64,000 nucleotides of DNA from Candidatus Obscuribacterales bacterium (GCA_036703785.1 DATNQY010000219.1:9908-73907), one strand, 5' to 3'. Numbered from the stretch's first letter, positions 18,238-28,804 are shown. The notes: generated by a model from the sequence alone, not told the origin. Translations and numbers: made by a program.

Positions 18238-18954
18238 ATGGCCTCGCCTTTAACGTGGGTCGATCTAAGTAATCTCGCGCTTCTGTCCTGCTACCAGAAG
18301 CCGATTACTAATATCGAAGATACCGACGACCCTGCTGCCGTCGCCGCCAATCTCCTTTACGACCAAGTACGTCAGGAAGAGATCCGCGACGGTACTTGGA
18401 ATTTCGCGCGAGCCCGGACAACGATCCCGCTCCTGCCGAACGTCACGCCGCTGACTGATTACATCGGCGCGTATCAGCTGCCGGTGGATTGCCTGAAGCT
18501 ACACCACATCGGCACTGAATACGACTTGTGGAGTCCGCATTACCACGACGTCGTAGCGCAAAAGATCGTTTACTTCGGGCAGGCTGGCGATAGCTGGAAT
18601 CTGATGAACGGCGATGAAAGCCCAGATCTCAACGATTTTCCTCCGAACTCGCTTTTTATCGAATACACATCGGACATAACTGACGTGTCTTCGATGGATG
18701 CCCTTTTTAAGAAAGTCCTACGCTACGCCCTGGCGAAAGAGTTTTGCATGGCGCTAAGTGGCGACGTGAAGACGCGCCAGCTTATGGAACAGCTCTACAT
18801 GCAAGCGAAGCGTGAAGCTGCCGCTATCAACCATCAAGAGCGCCCCATGCGCATCGTCGAGCGGGATCCGGTCGCATTGGCACGTCTCATGGATACGGAA
18901 ATCTGGGACGGTCAGATACCTGTGCCGCCGTCGCTCTGGCCAACAGGAGAGTAA
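18238..18954 (+). CDS. tail tubular protein A-like (gp11-like adaptor)
   Basis: Position is just before the large tubular B-like gene. LLYDQVRQEEIRDGTWNFARARTTIP matches the W-x-FA-x-x-R pattern I associate with podovirus tubular protein A. Confidence 0.55.
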   Translation: MASPLTWVDLSNLALLSCYQKPITNIEDTDDPAAVAANLLYDQVRQEEIRDGTWNFARARTTIPLLPNVTPLTDYIGAYQLPVDCLKLHHIGTEYDLWSPHYHDVVAQKIVYFGQAGDSWNLMNGDESPDLNDFPPNSLFIEYTSDITDVSSMDALFKKVLRYALAKEFCMALSGDVKTRQLMEQLYMQAKREAAAINHQERPMRIVERDPVALARLMDTEIWDGQIPVPPSLWPTGE

Positions 18955-18957
18955 GCC

Positions 18958-21840
18958 ATGGCGGTAAAAAATCTCGCCGCGCTACTCAACTTCGTTGGCG
19001 GGGAAATCTCGCCGCAGATTGCTGCGCGTACAGATATCGAACTGCTTAATAAGTCTCTCGCTCGCTGCGAGAATTTCATCTGCCTGCCACAAGGCGGCTC
19101 GGCATACAGGCCGGGTACGTATAACGTCGGCATGACCAAGCTAAACAGTTCTGCATTTCTGATACCGTTTCAATTTAGCGCCGCAGACGCGCTCATGATT
19201 GTGGCGTCGAATCGGGTTTTCCGGTTCTATCGAAATGACGCCGTCGTGCTAAACACGGCGGTCAGCATTATCCAAATCACGCAAGCAAACCCGGCGCTCG
19301 TCTACGCGCCCGGGCACGGTTTCGTTAATGGCACTGAAGTGTATATTTCCGGCGTTGGCGGGATGAACCAGCTTAACGGACGCTTCTTTATTGTCGCCAA
19401 CGCAGTCAATAAGGCTACGACGATAAGTGCGATCACGAAGGCAAACCCTGGCGTGTTTACCGCCAATGGCCACGGGCTGAGCAATGGTCAATACGTCACC
19501 ATTAGCGGTGCCGCGGGCATGACTCAGGTAAACGGAAATTGGATAGTACAGAATGCTACTACTAACACGTTTACGGTCGAATCCTTGACTGGCGTTCCTC
19601 TCAACACGACGAGTGATCCCACCTATACCGCCAATAGCGCGAGCGTCGACGGAAGTAATTTCACGCTGCAAGATCAGTTCGCCAATAATATCAATTCAAC
19701 CGCGTACGGCGCCTTCACGAGCGGCGGCACAGTCGCCAGCATCTACGAGCTGGCGACACCATACAACACAGCGGACCTTTCATTTATTCGCACGGCGCAG
19801 AGTGCCGACGTAATGTATTTGACCTGCTATAACGAAGTGGTGGGTAATTCCTACAACCCGCGTAAGCTAGTCAGAAATGGTTTCACCAACTGGACGCTCA
19901 ATACCTACAAACGGAAAAATGATCCGTTCCCGTCCGTAGCGCACACGTCCTTTACGCCGACGAAGATAACGAAAGCGGTTGGCTGTACCGTCACAGTCTC
20001 TAGCACTAACGGCTTGTCGGCTGGCGACATTGTTTACGCTTTAAATATTGGCGGGATGATCGAACTCGACGGGCAGTTTTTCCAGGTCGGCGCCGTCACT
20101 GCTAAGACGTTCGAGCTACTTGACTCCGATGGGAACCCGGTAGATTCGACAGGATTCACTACATTTACATCCGGCGGCACGTTTACCAGGCATTTACGCG
20201 ATCCCGCCTGTTGCGGATACTCCGCCGACGGGCGACTTTGCCTAGCTGCCACTGAGCAGAATCCAGAGGGCTTTTGGGGATCGCGAACGCCCAAAGGCAT
20301 TCTGACCCGTTACGATGATTACACCATCTCCAGTAAATCGAGTTCGACAGATCCCACCCTAGCAATGGCGTTTAGCTTCTCGCCGGTCAACAACACCATT
20401 GACATGATTAGAGAAATGGTTCAGTTCTCGGGTATGTTCGCGTTGCTCGGAGCCAGTTCGATCCGACTAGTTTACGGCGCTCAACAAGGGCAGCCGGCAA
20501 CGCCAATTGCGATCAACGTATTACCGACGATCCAAGGTGCAGCTCGAGTAAAACCGCTAGTCATTAACTGGGATTTGATCTTTGTCGACGTGAACGGACA
20601 GCGGTTGCGCGGGCTGCAGTACAACCTTGCCTATCAGACATTTCAGGCGAACGATTACAATCTGTCTTCTCCGCACTTCGGACAGGAATCGCCATTCATA
20701 AAATTGGCTTACGTTAAAGGCACGCCGGAAATGGTTTATGTCCTGAGACAAGACGGCATCGTGTTGGCGTTCACGTTCAACAACATCGAGAATATTGCCG
20801 GTTGGTCAAGGATTATTCCAGGCGGTGGCGGCCAGGTCTTGGACATCGGCACGATCCGCAAATCAAACGGGACTGATGAACTTTGGATGATCGTTCAGCG
20901 GACTTTGAACGGTCAGACGTTTACTACCGTCGAAGTCATGGACGTGCAGCCGATTATCCCGTCTCGAGATTCATTTTTCACCGGCGGCTACAAAATCAAT
21001 CCGGATACAGCGAAAGCTACCGATGACGCCAACTGGCAAGCTGCCGCGTGGGAAGCGCTCAAAGCTACGACATTCCTCGATTGCTCTCTGACATACGACG
21101 GCACCGCCCGCGGCGCTGCGGCTGGAGCAAACATTACTATCACAGGTGACGCCACTACTGCCGGCAATACTGTCACGCTGACGGCGAGCGCTAGCGTGTT
21201 CCAAGCCAGCGACGTGGGTTCCCAATTCTGGAAGTACTACACGTCAACCGGCGCCGGCGGAGGCAGATTACAGATTACCGGATATACGTCAGGCACTTCC
21301 GTGCAAGCGTATGTCAAAGCGCCGTTCGACAACAATAACGCTATCAACGCTGGTAGCTGGGCATTTGCCGTCAATCAGCTTTTCGGTCTTGATTGGTATA
21401 ACAATAGCCAGGTGAATATCCAAGCCGACGGCGGCGGACAGCCAGCGCAGACAGTCACCAATGGCAGTATCAACCTGAACATTTACGCTGGCAAGATTCA
21501 AGTAGGATTCGGCTATACCGGGCGTATGGTGACGCAGAATATATCTCTTGGACAAGGAACAGATAGCAAACCGAGAAACATAAAGCATATTTACGCTAGG
21601 TTCCTGAATACAATTGGCTGTCAGATTGGGCCGGATTCGTACATCTGCCCACAGGTCGTGAACAACAAAGCGAACCAGATTCCAGACCGGCCGCCGGCGC
21701 CGTTTACTGGAATGCTAAGACTGCGCCAATTGGATAAGTGGCAGGACAGCATGAAGCGGGCGACGGTTCTCCATACGGATCCAACTCCCTGCACGATACT
21801 TGCTCTGGAGTTCGAAGGCTATGTCACCGACCCACCGTAA
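18958..21840 (+). CDS. tail tubular protein B-like (gp12-like nozzle) with three inserted HG..G..V...GM.ELNG domains
   Basis: The N-terminus GGEISPQIAARTDIELLNKSLARCENFICLPQGGSAYRPGT is the gp12-type pattern. 960 aa. Confidence 0.6.
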   Translation: MAVKNLAALLNFVGGEISPQIAARTDIELLNKSLARCENFICLPQGGSAYRPGTYNVGMTKLNSSAFLIPFQFSAADALMIVASNRVFRFYRNDAVVLNTAVSIIQITQANPALVYAPGHGFVNGTEVYISGVGGMNQLNGRFFIVANAVNKATTISAITKANPGVFTANGHGLSNGQYVTISGAAGMTQVNGNWIVQNATTNTFTVESLTGVPLNTTSDPTYTANSASVDGSNFTLQDQFANNINSTAYGAFTSGGTVASIYELATPYNTADLSFIRTAQSADVMYLTCYNEVVGNSYNPRKLVRNGFTNWTLNTYKRKNDPFPSVAHTSFTPTKITKAVGCTVTVSSTNGLSAGDIVYALNIGGMIELDGQFFQVGAVTAKTFELLDSDGNPVDSTGFTTFTSGGTFTRHLRDPACCGYSADGRLCLAATEQNPEGFWGSRTPKGILTRYDDYTISSKSSSTDPTLAMAFSFSPVNNTIDMIREMVQFSGMFALLGASSIRLVYGAQQGQPATPIAINVLPTIQGAARVKPLVINWDLIFVDVNGQRLRGLQYNLAYQTFQANDYNLSSPHFGQESPFIKLAYVKGTPEMVYVLRQDGIVLAFTFNNIENIAGWSRIIPGGGGQVLDIGTIRKSNGTDELWMIVQRTLNGQTFTTVEVMDVQPIIPSRDSFFTGGYKINPDTAKATDDANWQAAAWEALKATTFLDCSLTYDGTARGAAAGANITITGDATTAGNTVTLTASASVFQASDVGSQFWKYYTSTGAGGGRLQITGYTSGTSVQAYVKAPFDNNNAINAGSWAFAVNQLFGLDWYNNSQVNIQADGGGQPAQTVTNGSINLNIYAGKIQVGFGYTGRMVTQNISLGQGTDSKPRNIKHIYARFLNTIGCQIGPDSYICPQVVNNKANQIPDRPPAPFTGMLRLRQLDKWQDSMKRATVLHTDPTPCTILALEFEGYVTDPP

Positions 21841-22306
21841 ATACAGCTACCGACCCTTTCAACTATCCGATCTCGACTGGATGGATTTGCTCGAGGCAGA
21901 AAAGAAAGTAGTCAGCAATAATGCTGAACTGCTTCGCGGATTCGCCACCAAAGATAACACCCGTAAAAGTTGTTTCGTGGTCATCTACATGGGTAGACCG
22001 TTGTTCATTGCTGGCTACTACGACCTTGGCGACGGTGCGGCGCAGATTTTTATTATCCCTGACAAGCGGGTTCTCGAACACCCGAAAGTGTTTATCAGGA
22101 ACGTGATTAGATGGCGCCTGTGGCTTGAACGCCGTCCATGGTGTAGCCGGATTCAAACGACTTCCGTAGCGAACGAATTGATCGATCGGTGGATGGAAGC
22201 TATGGGGTTTGTTTGCGAACGCGAGCTAAACCAGTACAATGGGACGGGTCAAGACTATAAGCTATGGAGCCGAGTTAAGCTAGATGGGATTTGGCGGGCT
22301 ATTTAA
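21821..22306 (+). CDS. hypothetical protein in the gp13 (internal virion protein A) position
   Basis: Tracked ORF 21800..22306. The ATG at 21821 (MSPTHRKYSY) overlaps the stop of the preceding gene. Confidence 0.5.
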   Translation: MSPTHRKYSYRPFQLSDLDWMDLLEAEKKVVSNNAELLRGFATKDNTRKSCFVVIYMGRPLFIAGYYDLGDGAAQIFIIPDKRVLEHPKVFIRNVIRWRLWLERRPWCSRIQTTSVANELIDRWMEAMGFVCERELNQYNGTGQDYKLWSRVKLDGIWRAI

Positions 22307-22814
22307 CGAAGAGAATGCGTTAACCAACAGCGCCAATCAATTTGGTTTGCTGGCTGGCCAGATGCAGCAAAACGCTGCCAATGAACAGGCGACGGCTCTT
22401 GATAATCAAGCTAACGTAGCAATACAGCAGACGGCGCAGAATGTGGCGCTACAACAACGGAATATCGAAAACGCCGCTGGTACTCAGGCAGAACAGTATC
22501 TGTCTAGCGGCGTGGAAGACGTAGGCACGCCGATAGCTGTTCAGAATGAAACGAACCAGCTCGGACAGATGCAGATAAATTCCATGCTCCAGCAAGGACA
22601 GCTGCAGGCTAGCCTGTTGCGCACGCAAGCCGACTACGCGCAGGATCAAGGGCTTGAAGCCATGCTTGGCGCTAGAGGTAGCGCTGACATAAACACGCTA
22701 CAGAATGAAGTTAACCAAACCCAAACCAAAGACCAGTTTATGAACAGCCTGATCGGCGGCATTGTTCCCGGCATCGTGCAAGGCGGTTTCAGCATACTTA
22801 AAGGCTTGATCTAA
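22284..22814 (+). CDS. Gln/Asn-rich internal virion protein-like (gp14 position; GFGGLF N-terminus)
   Basis: The N-terminus MGFGGLFNEEN is paralogous to 12499..12801. Hydrophobic Gly-rich C-terminus LIGGIVPGIVQGGFSILKGLI. Confidence 0.55.
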   Translation: MGFGGLFNEENALTNSANQFGLLAGQMQQNAANEQATALDNQANVAIQQTAQNVALQQRNIENAAGTQAEQYLSSGVEDVGTPIAVQNETNQLGQMQINSMLQQGQLQASLLRTQADYAQDQGLEAMLGARGSADINTLQNEVNQTQTKDQFMNSLIGGIVPGIVQGGFSILKGLI

Positions 22815-24769
22815 TGGCAAAAATCACACCGTTTCAGGCTGACCTAGCTAACCGCCTTGTCGGAACTCCCGGCATAAATCCGGCTGCAGGAAAAGCAGCC
22901 TCGGAGCTGGCAGGCAAGACCGAACAACTCGAGGGAGCTGTTAACAGCCTCGCCAATCAGCAGGCAGGTTTTGAAGGCAGCTTGATGGGTTCGACTATTG
23001 GCGAAGTGGCGCGCGGGGCTGGCGAACTTTTCGCACAGCACGAAGCCAAAGTCAGGACGCAGCAACAGGCTTTAAACAAAGCGCATGTCGCTATCGCAGC
23101 GTACAAAGCCGCCGACGCGATGGACGATCAGCTAAACCAGGCGCAACAGCAACACGTCAATGACCCTGAGAACATTCCTTCCTCAGTGGAGGATTACATC
23201 CAGCAGCAAAAGCAGCCCTACCTCGATCAGTTCACGGATCCTCTTTTGCGGGCGCAGGCGGAAGAACACTACGAAGAACACGCGAACGTAATCAGAAACA
23301 AAGCGCGTGCAACTTCTCTCGACAAACAGACAAAGCAGCTCGAGGCGATTCCCGCACAGGTGACGACCAAAGGGCTCCAGGCGATAGCCAACGCTCCTGA
23401 CGGCAGCCCTACAACCGTCATGAATGAATGGCAGACAAACATGCACAATGGCACTCTTGCCATTGGACGGCTTGCACCACAGCTCGGCAACAACTACACA
23501 AACGCGGCGCTCGACAATCATGATCGGCAATTGGCGAAAGGCGCTTACACAAAGATGGCGAGCGACCGCCCAGACGATCCCGTGCCTTCCATGCAGCAGA
23601 TCGCCCAGACTCGCATCCTTCTGAAAGGGAATCTGTCGATCAATGAATCTCTCACGCCTGAAGATAAGAAAGAGATTCATGCGAGCCTTGATGCCGCTGA
23701 AAGTAGCGATGCAAGGAGACTACAGCAGAACCTCAAGATTGAGACTGCTAGTTTTATGTCGGCTTCAATAAGGAAAGCCGCCGATCTTGATGTACGCCGT
23801 GACGATCCGGAAGTACAGCAAAAACAGATCCAAGCATCGATTAAAGGCTTGGATGCCTTGAATGTAGATAAAGAATCTATCTTGAAAGACGCGCAGAATT
23901 TTCCGGCGGAAGTCACGGCGGCCAGACTTCAAGCCAACGAGACGCAGGCGCGCGAACTTCGTAGCCTTATCGATCTGGCTCAACGGCACATCGACTATAA
24001 GAAAGCGGTTGATCGGCAAGACGCGGCGGAAGCCCGCCGGATACAAGCCGAAATACAGAGAAACGAGAATGAAGCGAAGCGGGAAGCAAAAGCCCAGCTT
24101 AACGCTGAAGCTACTGACGCCGTCGCTGATCTTCGAGAGCGTCGCGACAATATCCGCACGTTAATGACGGAAGATCCTATCGGTAACCACGATCAGATCG
24201 TTCAAGGATTGGCGGAAGCTCACCAGAAAGCGTACCTGATAAACAAAGCGTACCCGGCAAAGTCCTCAGAACTTACCTCTACTATCAACCTGCTTGACGC
24301 AGCGGCTATGCAGTACGCGAAGAACTTTAAGCGCGACTGGTACGACATCGGCGGCCAGCTTCAGGACTACGGCACGTATTTTTCCAGCGGGCTCAAAGAT
24401 AGCGCTGTGAGCGTGCAACGTAAGACGCAATTTGTCAATGACGTAAGAGGTTTGGCGCAGCAAATGGACGATGCCAGTAAGATGGAGAAAACCGGAGCGG
24501 CAATCAATCTCACGCCACGCGCACAGGAGATGGCCAGCAAGTGGTTTGACTCCTGGCAAAAGACTAACCCGAACGCGACCGCTGCCGTTAAGCTTCAATC
24601 GCAGCTGACGATCCAGCAATACGCGGCAAAACAATTCCCGCCGCCTCCATCTGCAAAGCAGCTTGAAAATGCTGGACAGCCGCATACTTTGCGGACAACG
24701 AAAGCGCCAAGCACGAAAGGTTTTGTTTCGCCTCCTAAAGTAGCGCAGGACTCGAATAATGGCGAATGA
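22814..24769 (+). CDS. internal virion/ejection protein-like (gp15 position), coiled-coil rich
   Basis: 651 aa with a TAATG overlap with the previous gene. Long charged helical regions. Confidence 0.55.
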   Translation: MAKITPFQADLANRLVGTPGINPAAGKAASELAGKTEQLEGAVNSLANQQAGFEGSLMGSTIGEVARGAGELFAQHEAKVRTQQQALNKAHVAIAAYKAADAMDDQLNQAQQQHVNDPENIPSSVEDYIQQQKQPYLDQFTDPLLRAQAEEHYEEHANVIRNKARATSLDKQTKQLEAIPAQVTTKGLQAIANAPDGSPTTVMNEWQTNMHNGTLAIGRLAPQLGNNYTNAALDNHDRQLAKGAYTKMASDRPDDPVPSMQQIAQTRILLKGNLSINESLTPEDKKEIHASLDAAESSDARRLQQNLKIETASFMSASIRKAADLDVRRDDPEVQQKQIQASIKGLDALNVDKESILKDAQNFPAEVTAARLQANETQARELRSLIDLAQRHIDYKKAVDRQDAAEARRIQAEIQRNENEAKREAKAQLNAEATDAVADLRERRDNIRTLMTEDPIGNHDQIVQGLAEAHQKAYLINKAYPAKSSELTSTINLLDAAAMQYAKNFKRDWYDIGGQLQDYGTYFSSGLKDSAVSVQRKTQFVNDVRGLAQQMDDASKMEKTGAAINLTPRAQEMASKWFDSWQKTNPNATAAVKLQSQLTIQQYAAKQFPPPPSAKQLENAGQPHTLRTTKAPSTKGFVSPPKVAQDSNNGE

Positions 24770-27700
24770 TCAGCAAACAGCAACGATTCCGCCGGAACTG
24801 CAGGGCGCACTTCAACAGGTGCAACAGGCTAATGCAGGCAGTTCAAGGACGCCATTAGCGACAGTTCCCGATGGGCTGCCCGACGAATTATCTCAGCAGC
24901 TTAAAGGCGTTGCTGAGCAGGAACCGCCAAGAGTTTCACCGACCGGACAGACGATTGAGCCTCAGCCCGGATGGCAGAATACGTGGAAAGGAATTACCGG
25001 CAATCTGGTAGGTGGCTCCTATGGCGCCGTCAAAGAGGCGGCTGCCGGTCTTGCCATTGGCGGCGGACTCTCTGACTTTGAGCAGCAGAAAAAACAAGTC
25101 GAAGATGACATTTATCTTCGCGCGCAGGCTGATGCGGAGGACTACGCAAACGGTCCGGGGCATAACCTGCTTACCGATATTATCGGCGGTGGCGTCCACG
25201 TTCTGCCCATGGCGGGAATCGGTTTAGGTGCAACGGCTTTAGGCACTCTTGCTACAGCTCCATTCCTTGGACCGGCAGCGCCATTTGCCGGGCTTGGCTT
25301 CGGTGCTCTGACAATGGGCACGCTGGCAACAGGTCAGGGGATATACCGGCACATGAAACAGGGCTGGAGCAAAGACCACGCGCTAGCAGGCGGTTTGTTT
25401 TCCGGTGCAGTGGCAGCCGCAATGCAATTCGTAGGTATGGGAGCCAGCGAGAAAGCGGGAGCCGACACATTAGCGACTCTGGCATCGTCGCCAACTTTTC
25501 GGCAGGCAGTCACGGAAGTGACCGGGCATATCGCTAAATCCATAGGCGTGAACGTCGGACTTGCCGGTGTGACTTCAGTAGCTGACGGAGCAGTAGATTA
25601 TCTGCTAGCGGCTAAGCCTAAGACAATGCAGCAGGCGCTTTCGGCAGTTGCGCAAGAGTTTTATCAAAGTTCCGTTGCCGGTGTACTTCCGGCAGCCATC
25701 ATCGGCGGTGGCGCGGCGGCGCTCGGCATCCGTGCGCGCATGAGTGCGACCGAACAGCATATCGAAGTTCTACGAAAAGCACTCGATCATGCGACACAGC
25801 TTAAAACGAAAGCGGAGCAGCCGACGCTCGAAGGGCACGTCGAAGAATCTGTCAGCGCAGACGATTTAGAAGCTCAACGAAAGAACCTCGAAGCTGGCAT
25901 TAGGCGCAGCACGATTATTCGTGCGGGCTTGGCGATTAAAACGGCACCGAATGCTGGCGCCAAGGTTTTAGATATCCTTGCGAATGGCGGCACTCCTGAC
26001 GAAGCCGCAGAAGCTCTGATTGACAGTGAACCCGTCGATAAGCCTACGGGAGAAAAGGACCGGATACGTAGCTTCAATATCTACAAAGACACCGCCGGGC
26101 TGAACCTCGACGGCTTACTTCGATACGTCTTTCAACACGTTCCGCCGGCGGAGCAGGAAGCGCTAGTAAGAGCGCTCAGCATTGATCAAGCATCCAACGA
26201 AGCTGAAGTGAACCGGATGCTCTACCAGCAGCTTGCCGACACGCTTTTGAAAGAGGCTACGGGCCTTGATGATGCGGGCTTGACAAAGCTGATGCATGAT
26301 GCCGCCACCACGAAAATAAAAGGCAAGTGGTCCGACGGAAGAACGATTCAAGCGCCGGACGAGTACGGTGTCATGCACGTTATGTCAGTGGACGAGGCAA
26401 TCTCTTACCTGCTATGGGCTGAAAACTCCGATGCTCAAGCGGCGCTGTACGCACCGGACGGTAACAACTTTCCGCGCGACTATGAGATCACTTTAACCGA
26501 GGCCATTAAAGCGCTTCCTGAAGGTCAAAAGTATCTCGACGCACTTGAAGGTTTCCGGAAGTTTTACCTTCAGATGGGAAAGACGCTGAAAGAAGTCCAC
26601 GACCGCGCGACCGGCGATGATCTCGAACTCCAAATAAATCACGGCGGAACGATTAGGCGTGTCGGCACAGTTCAAGCCGACATGACAGAAATTGAGTCGA
26701 GGCTTCCCGGTCAGGAGTACGTCGCAAACAATGGCGAGAGAGTCGAATCCACGCATAACGCTACTATTGAACGAGGCGCATTGACTACAGCTATAGCCAA
26801 GCGTGGTGCTTTCGCTAACGCGCATTCCCATGCGGTGGCGACAGCTAACTACGAAGCCAATGTCGAGAGAGCTGGATTCTGGAATCAGTTCGTAAATGAT
26901 CCTGACGTCGTTCAGGGGATCACCGGCAAGTGGAATAAAGGACTTCTTGAAAGAATCCGTGATCGTTACCGGGATCAAGTTCATGGCGTCCCAGCGGCGC
27001 AACAGGGTAGCATCGCTGAGATCGACAACATAATTCGCGCCAACCGCGTAAGCGTCTTAGGCAGCAACCCTATCTATACATTGCAGCACTGGTTTACGCT
27101 GATTAACTTCTTTCTTGCACGAGACAATGAAGGCGTGCAGATTCCGTTTAACGAGCTGTCTGACGGCTTTCAGCATTTCTTTCTAAACAAAATAGAAGCG
27201 GTCAACGAGATTCAATCCTGGGATGAAGTAAAAGCTCGATACGCAGACGTTAATACCGTTGGCGGCATCGCTTCAGGCGAGCGAACGCCAGAAGAAGTGA
27301 ACTACGAAAAGAACGCTTTGCAATGGTTCCAGAAAGGCGACATGCCCGCGCTTGAAGCAGGAACGTACGCGGTCTATCACGTCATCCTTAATCGCACGGG
27401 TGACGCTGTCTTGGCAAAGCAGACAGCGATCCAGGCGTTCAAAGACTGCCTGGCCTCCGGTTCTTCGCAGCAGTGGACAGACTTGACGACAAACAAAATC
27501 ACTAAGCTGTTTACTGCTTTCGAGCAGCCGACGATTAGGCTGCGGCAGCACTCATTTGAAGCCAAGCTAACCGCCAACAATTTCCCGACGGCTAAGCATT
27601 TCCAAGACCAATTGCGTGCGGAACTCGTCGCACGTACGGCGTCGACCGTATTCCTGGCGCCGAAACTCGCCGTCGCTGTGGCTGACGCTGCGATACTGCA

Positions 27701-28037
27701 TAATCCCAGTACATTGTTCAACACTATGCTACGCATGGGGACGACGCTAACCTTTGGCAATATGCTGCCCGGCGCGAGCACGATAGGTGAGTCAGTTGTG
27801 GCGGCGGCTTCCGGCGGACGCTATGACCCTGACGTTTCCACGCCAGTAAGTCGGGTTGTGATCGGCGCGGCGAAAGCCGCAGGAATGGCGTCAGCGATGG
27901 CGACCGGGCACACGCCGCTGTCATTTCATCACATCTTGCAAACCGTCATCGGCGTTTACCAGGCGCAGGCGTTGATCGGCAAAGGTAAACCAGTCGCGCC
28001 GATGATCTGGCTCGACAAAATTTTTGGAGGAAAATAA
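24759..28037 (+). CDS. large internal virion/ejection protein-like (gp16 position)
   Basis: 1092 aa. The N-terminal third contains Gly-zipper hydrophobic segments (VLPMAGIGLGATALGTLATAPFLGPAAPFAGLGFGALTMGTLATG). Confidence 0.55.
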   Translation: MANDQQTATIPPELQGALQQVQQANAGSSRTPLATVPDGLPDELSQQLKGVAEQEPPRVSPTGQTIEPQPGWQNTWKGITGNLVGGSYGAVKEAAAGLAIGGGLSDFEQQKKQVEDDIYLRAQADAEDYANGPGHNLLTDIIGGGVHVLPMAGIGLGATALGTLATAPFLGPAAPFAGLGFGALTMGTLATGQGIYRHMKQGWSKDHALAGGLFSGAVAAAMQFVGMGASEKAGADTLATLASSPTFRQAVTEVTGHIAKSIGVNVGLAGVTSVADGAVDYLLAAKPKTMQQALSAVAQEFYQSSVAGVLPAAIIGGGAAALGIRARMSATEQHIEVLRKALDHATQLKTKAEQPTLEGHVEESVSADDLEAQRKNLEAGIRRSTIIRAGLAIKTAPNAGAKVLDILANGGTPDEAAEALIDSEPVDKPTGEKDRIRSFNIYKDTAGLNLDGLLRYVFQHVPPAEQEALVRALSIDQASNEAEVNRMLYQQLADTLLKEATGLDDAGLTKLMHDAATTKIKGKWSDGRTIQAPDEYGVMHVMSVDEAISYLLWAENSDAQAALYAPDGNNFPRDYEITLTEAIKALPEGQKYLDALEGFRKFYLQMGKTLKEVHDRATGDDLELQINHGGTIRRVGTVQADMTEIESRLPGQEYVANNGERVESTHNATIERGALTTAIAKRGAFANAHSHAVATANYEANVERAGFWNQFVNDPDVVQGITGKWNKGLLERIRDRYRDQVHGVPAAQQGSIAEIDNIIRANRVSVLGSNPIYTLQHWFTLINFFLARDNEGVQIPFNELSDGFQHFFLNKIEAVNEIQSWDEVKARYADVNTVGGIASGERTPEEVNYEKNALQWFQKGDMPALEAGTYAVYHVILNRTGDAVLAKQTAIQAFKDCLASGSSQQWTDLTTNKITKLFTAFEQPTIRLRQHSFEAKLTANNFPTAKHFQDQLRAELVARTASTVFLAPKLAVAVADAAILHNPSTLFNTMLRMGTTLTFGNMLPGASTIGESVVAAASGGRYDPDVSTPVSRVVIGAAKAAGMASAMATGHTPLSFHHILQTVIGVYQAQALIGKGKPVAPMIWLDKIFGGK

Positions 28038-28038
28038 C

Positions 28039-28734
28039 GTGACCGTACCGAATACCAACTATATGAATAGCTATACCGGCGATGGCGTTACGACGCAGTT
28101 TAGCTATACGTGGAATATCACCGAATCTCAGATGTTGGCGGTCTATGTCAACAACGTTTTGCAGGTGCAAGGAACTGACTATTCATATACAACGAATATC
28201 AATACTAGCCAGGTCGGCGGCAATATTACCTTCAGCTCGGTTTATAACGGCGTGAGCCACGTTGCGGGTCCGCCGGCAAACGGTGCGAATATTCAGATCA
28301 TCCGCCAGTCAAACCAACTCCAGTCGAACAACCTGAACAACAATCAGGCCATGCCGCCGTCAACAGTGATGGCGATGATCGATAAGCTGACCATGTTGGT
28401 TCAAGACGCGCTACGCTACTATCTGTCGCCAGCTACTACGTTTGCTGCGGGGACGCTCTATACGTTGCCTCATAAGCTAGGGTACGTTCCCACTCGTCTG
28501 CAATATCTTCTTATATGCACCGTAGCAGAAGCTGGCTACTCTGTTGGGGACACGATTGACATAACGCCTCAGTTTAATGCGCTTGGCGCGGCTCAAGTCG
28601 ATATGACAAATATATACGTTAGGACTCTAAGCGCGCTTGGCGCTATAAACGTTCCGCACAAAACTACGTTCGCTTCAACCGCGCTGACACTTCCTGCTAA
28701 TTGGCAATTACAAGTTGCCGCTGATGTGACGTAG
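28039..28734 (+). CDS. tail fibre / fibre-adaptor-like protein
   Basis: GGAGGA RBS lies 7 nt before GTG 28039. The N-terminal YTGDGVTTQFSYTWNI...VYVNNVLQVQGTDYSY pattern is common in podovirus fibre N-termini. Last gene of the virion block. Confidence 0.5.
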   Translation: MTVPNTNYMNSYTGDGVTTQFSYTWNITESQMLAVYVNNVLQVQGTDYSYTTNINTSQVGGNITFSSVYNGVSHVAGPPANGANIQIIRQSNQLQSNNLNNNQAMPPSTVMAMIDKLTMLVQDALRYYLSPATTFAAGTLYTLPHKLGYVPTRLQYLLICTVAEAGYSVGDTIDITPQFNALGAAQVDMTNIYVRTLSALGAINVPHKTTFASTALTLPANWQLQVAADVT

Positions 28735-28735
28735 C

Positions 28736-28764
28736 TTGACCGTCGTTAAGCTATAGCGTAAAGT
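28736..28764 (+). promoter_or_regulatory. sigma70-like promoter with conserved GTTAAGCTRTAGCG spacer (lysis cassette)
   Basis: TTGACC, a 17-nt spacer (GTCGTTAAGCTATAGCG) and TAAAGT. Aligns with 9741-9769. Confidence 0.5.
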
Positions 28765-28804
28765 TTAAGCTTTGAAAGCTATAGCTAAACTAGGAGTCGT
28801 CACC

